From a virus (lineage: Duplodnaviria > Caudoviricetes), in IMG/VR virus record IMGVR_UViG_3300038825_001186, positions 1 through 34,286 of that record: a stretch of DNA of 34,286 nt; one strand, 5' to 3'. The position numbers were made by a program, and so were the translations under genes. The notes under the pieces are model-generated. The model saw only the letters and a program-made list of their open reading frames with translations, did no database searches and was not told the origin of the DNA. Shown piece by piece: positions 33,903-34,286 of the stretch; the first letter of the stretch is position 1; each line of letters starts with the position of its first letter.

Positions 33903-34286
33903 TAAGCCAACTCTACACCCTGGTCGTGCTGCATGGTTTCTTCAGCAGCAATATCAAACCGCACATTGCTGTCCATCTTCGTGCCATTCTTGTGGTGGTC
34001 GATCCACTCTTTGTATCGCTCCGTCTTAATTGGCTGCCCCTTGCCGTCTTTCACGGCCAATGCAGGGTCATTCGTATCATCGCCGCCCTGCCCCTTATAC
34101 ATAGGCAACCAACCGGGAGGCAATGGGGTAAACCCTTTAGGGTGTGCTACCTCTACACCACCAAACACACGCAACGCTGGTTCACTCGTGTAGTCCCTGC
34201 TGTAATCGCCTAATGCCGGCCCTGTGCCAGCCTGTAAACCAAACATCGAGCGCGTGCGTTCATTGCCGGCCAATAGATCTGCCAAC
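33902..34286 (-). CDS. 3' part of the origin-spanning hypothetical protein (starts at 338)
   Basis: In frame with the ATG at 338 through the 99-bp overlap; TAATG-coupled to the next gene. Confidence 0.85.
   Translation of the reverse strand, partial: LADLLAGNERTRSMFGLQAGTGPALGDYSRDYTSEPALRVFGGVEVAHPKGFTPLPPGWLPMYKGQGGDDTNDPALAVKDGKGQPIKTERYKEWIDHHKNGTKMDSNVRFDIAAEETMQHDQGVELA
34188..34286. repeat. 99-bp exact terminal direct repeat (copy 2)
   Basis: Identical to 1-99. Confidence 0.95.

Noticed and set aside
37-34213. Many plus-strand ORFs antisense to the structural genes (e.g. 25845-26552, 6886-7377) and minus-strand ORFs inside early genes
   Set aside because: They are shadow ORFs of well-supported genes, with no RBS or motif support.
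1-34286. Alternative genetic code or stop-codon reassignment
   Set aside because: Genes are full length and tightly packed under the standard code, TAA, TAG and TGA are all used as stops, and there is no suppressor tRNA.

Overview
The window is an apparently complete, circularly permuted tailed dsDNA phage genome of about 34,187 bp. Bases 1-99 are repeated exactly at 34188-34286, which looks like an assembly overlap, and one gene crosses that junction. Most of the minus strand is a podovirus-type (P22/short-tail-like) late region. It runs from an M15 peptidase endolysin through TerS, TerL, portal, a 762-aa protein with an ADP-ribosyltransferase domain, an FmdB-like Zn-ribbon protein, scaffold, major capsid and a decoration protein. 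Past the junction it continues with adaptor, nozzle, three large ejection proteins, an S74-chaperoned tail fibre, holin-like proteins, a cluster of very basic peptides, tRNA-Met(CAT) and an HTH-metallophosphoesterase. The plus-strand early region holds an XRE regulator, a Sak/Rad52-like annealase, SSB, RusA, a sigma-70 factor, a PD-(D/E)XK protein, an excisionase-like HTH and an HNH nuclease. I recognise no integrase, DNA polymerase, primase, helicase or replication initiator. The most interesting signals are non-coding: (1) a ~356-nt multi-stem, doubly pseudoknotted RNA-like element where a replication module would be expected (12070-12425); (2) a two-hairpin complementary-loop/terminator switch before the scaffold gene (2861-2933); (3) two overlapping inverted dif-like XerCD sites (10321-10369); (4) strong enrichment of GCCGGC; (5) the scar of a deleted C5 DNA methyltransferase. 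All calls come from reading motifs by eye; no database search was run.
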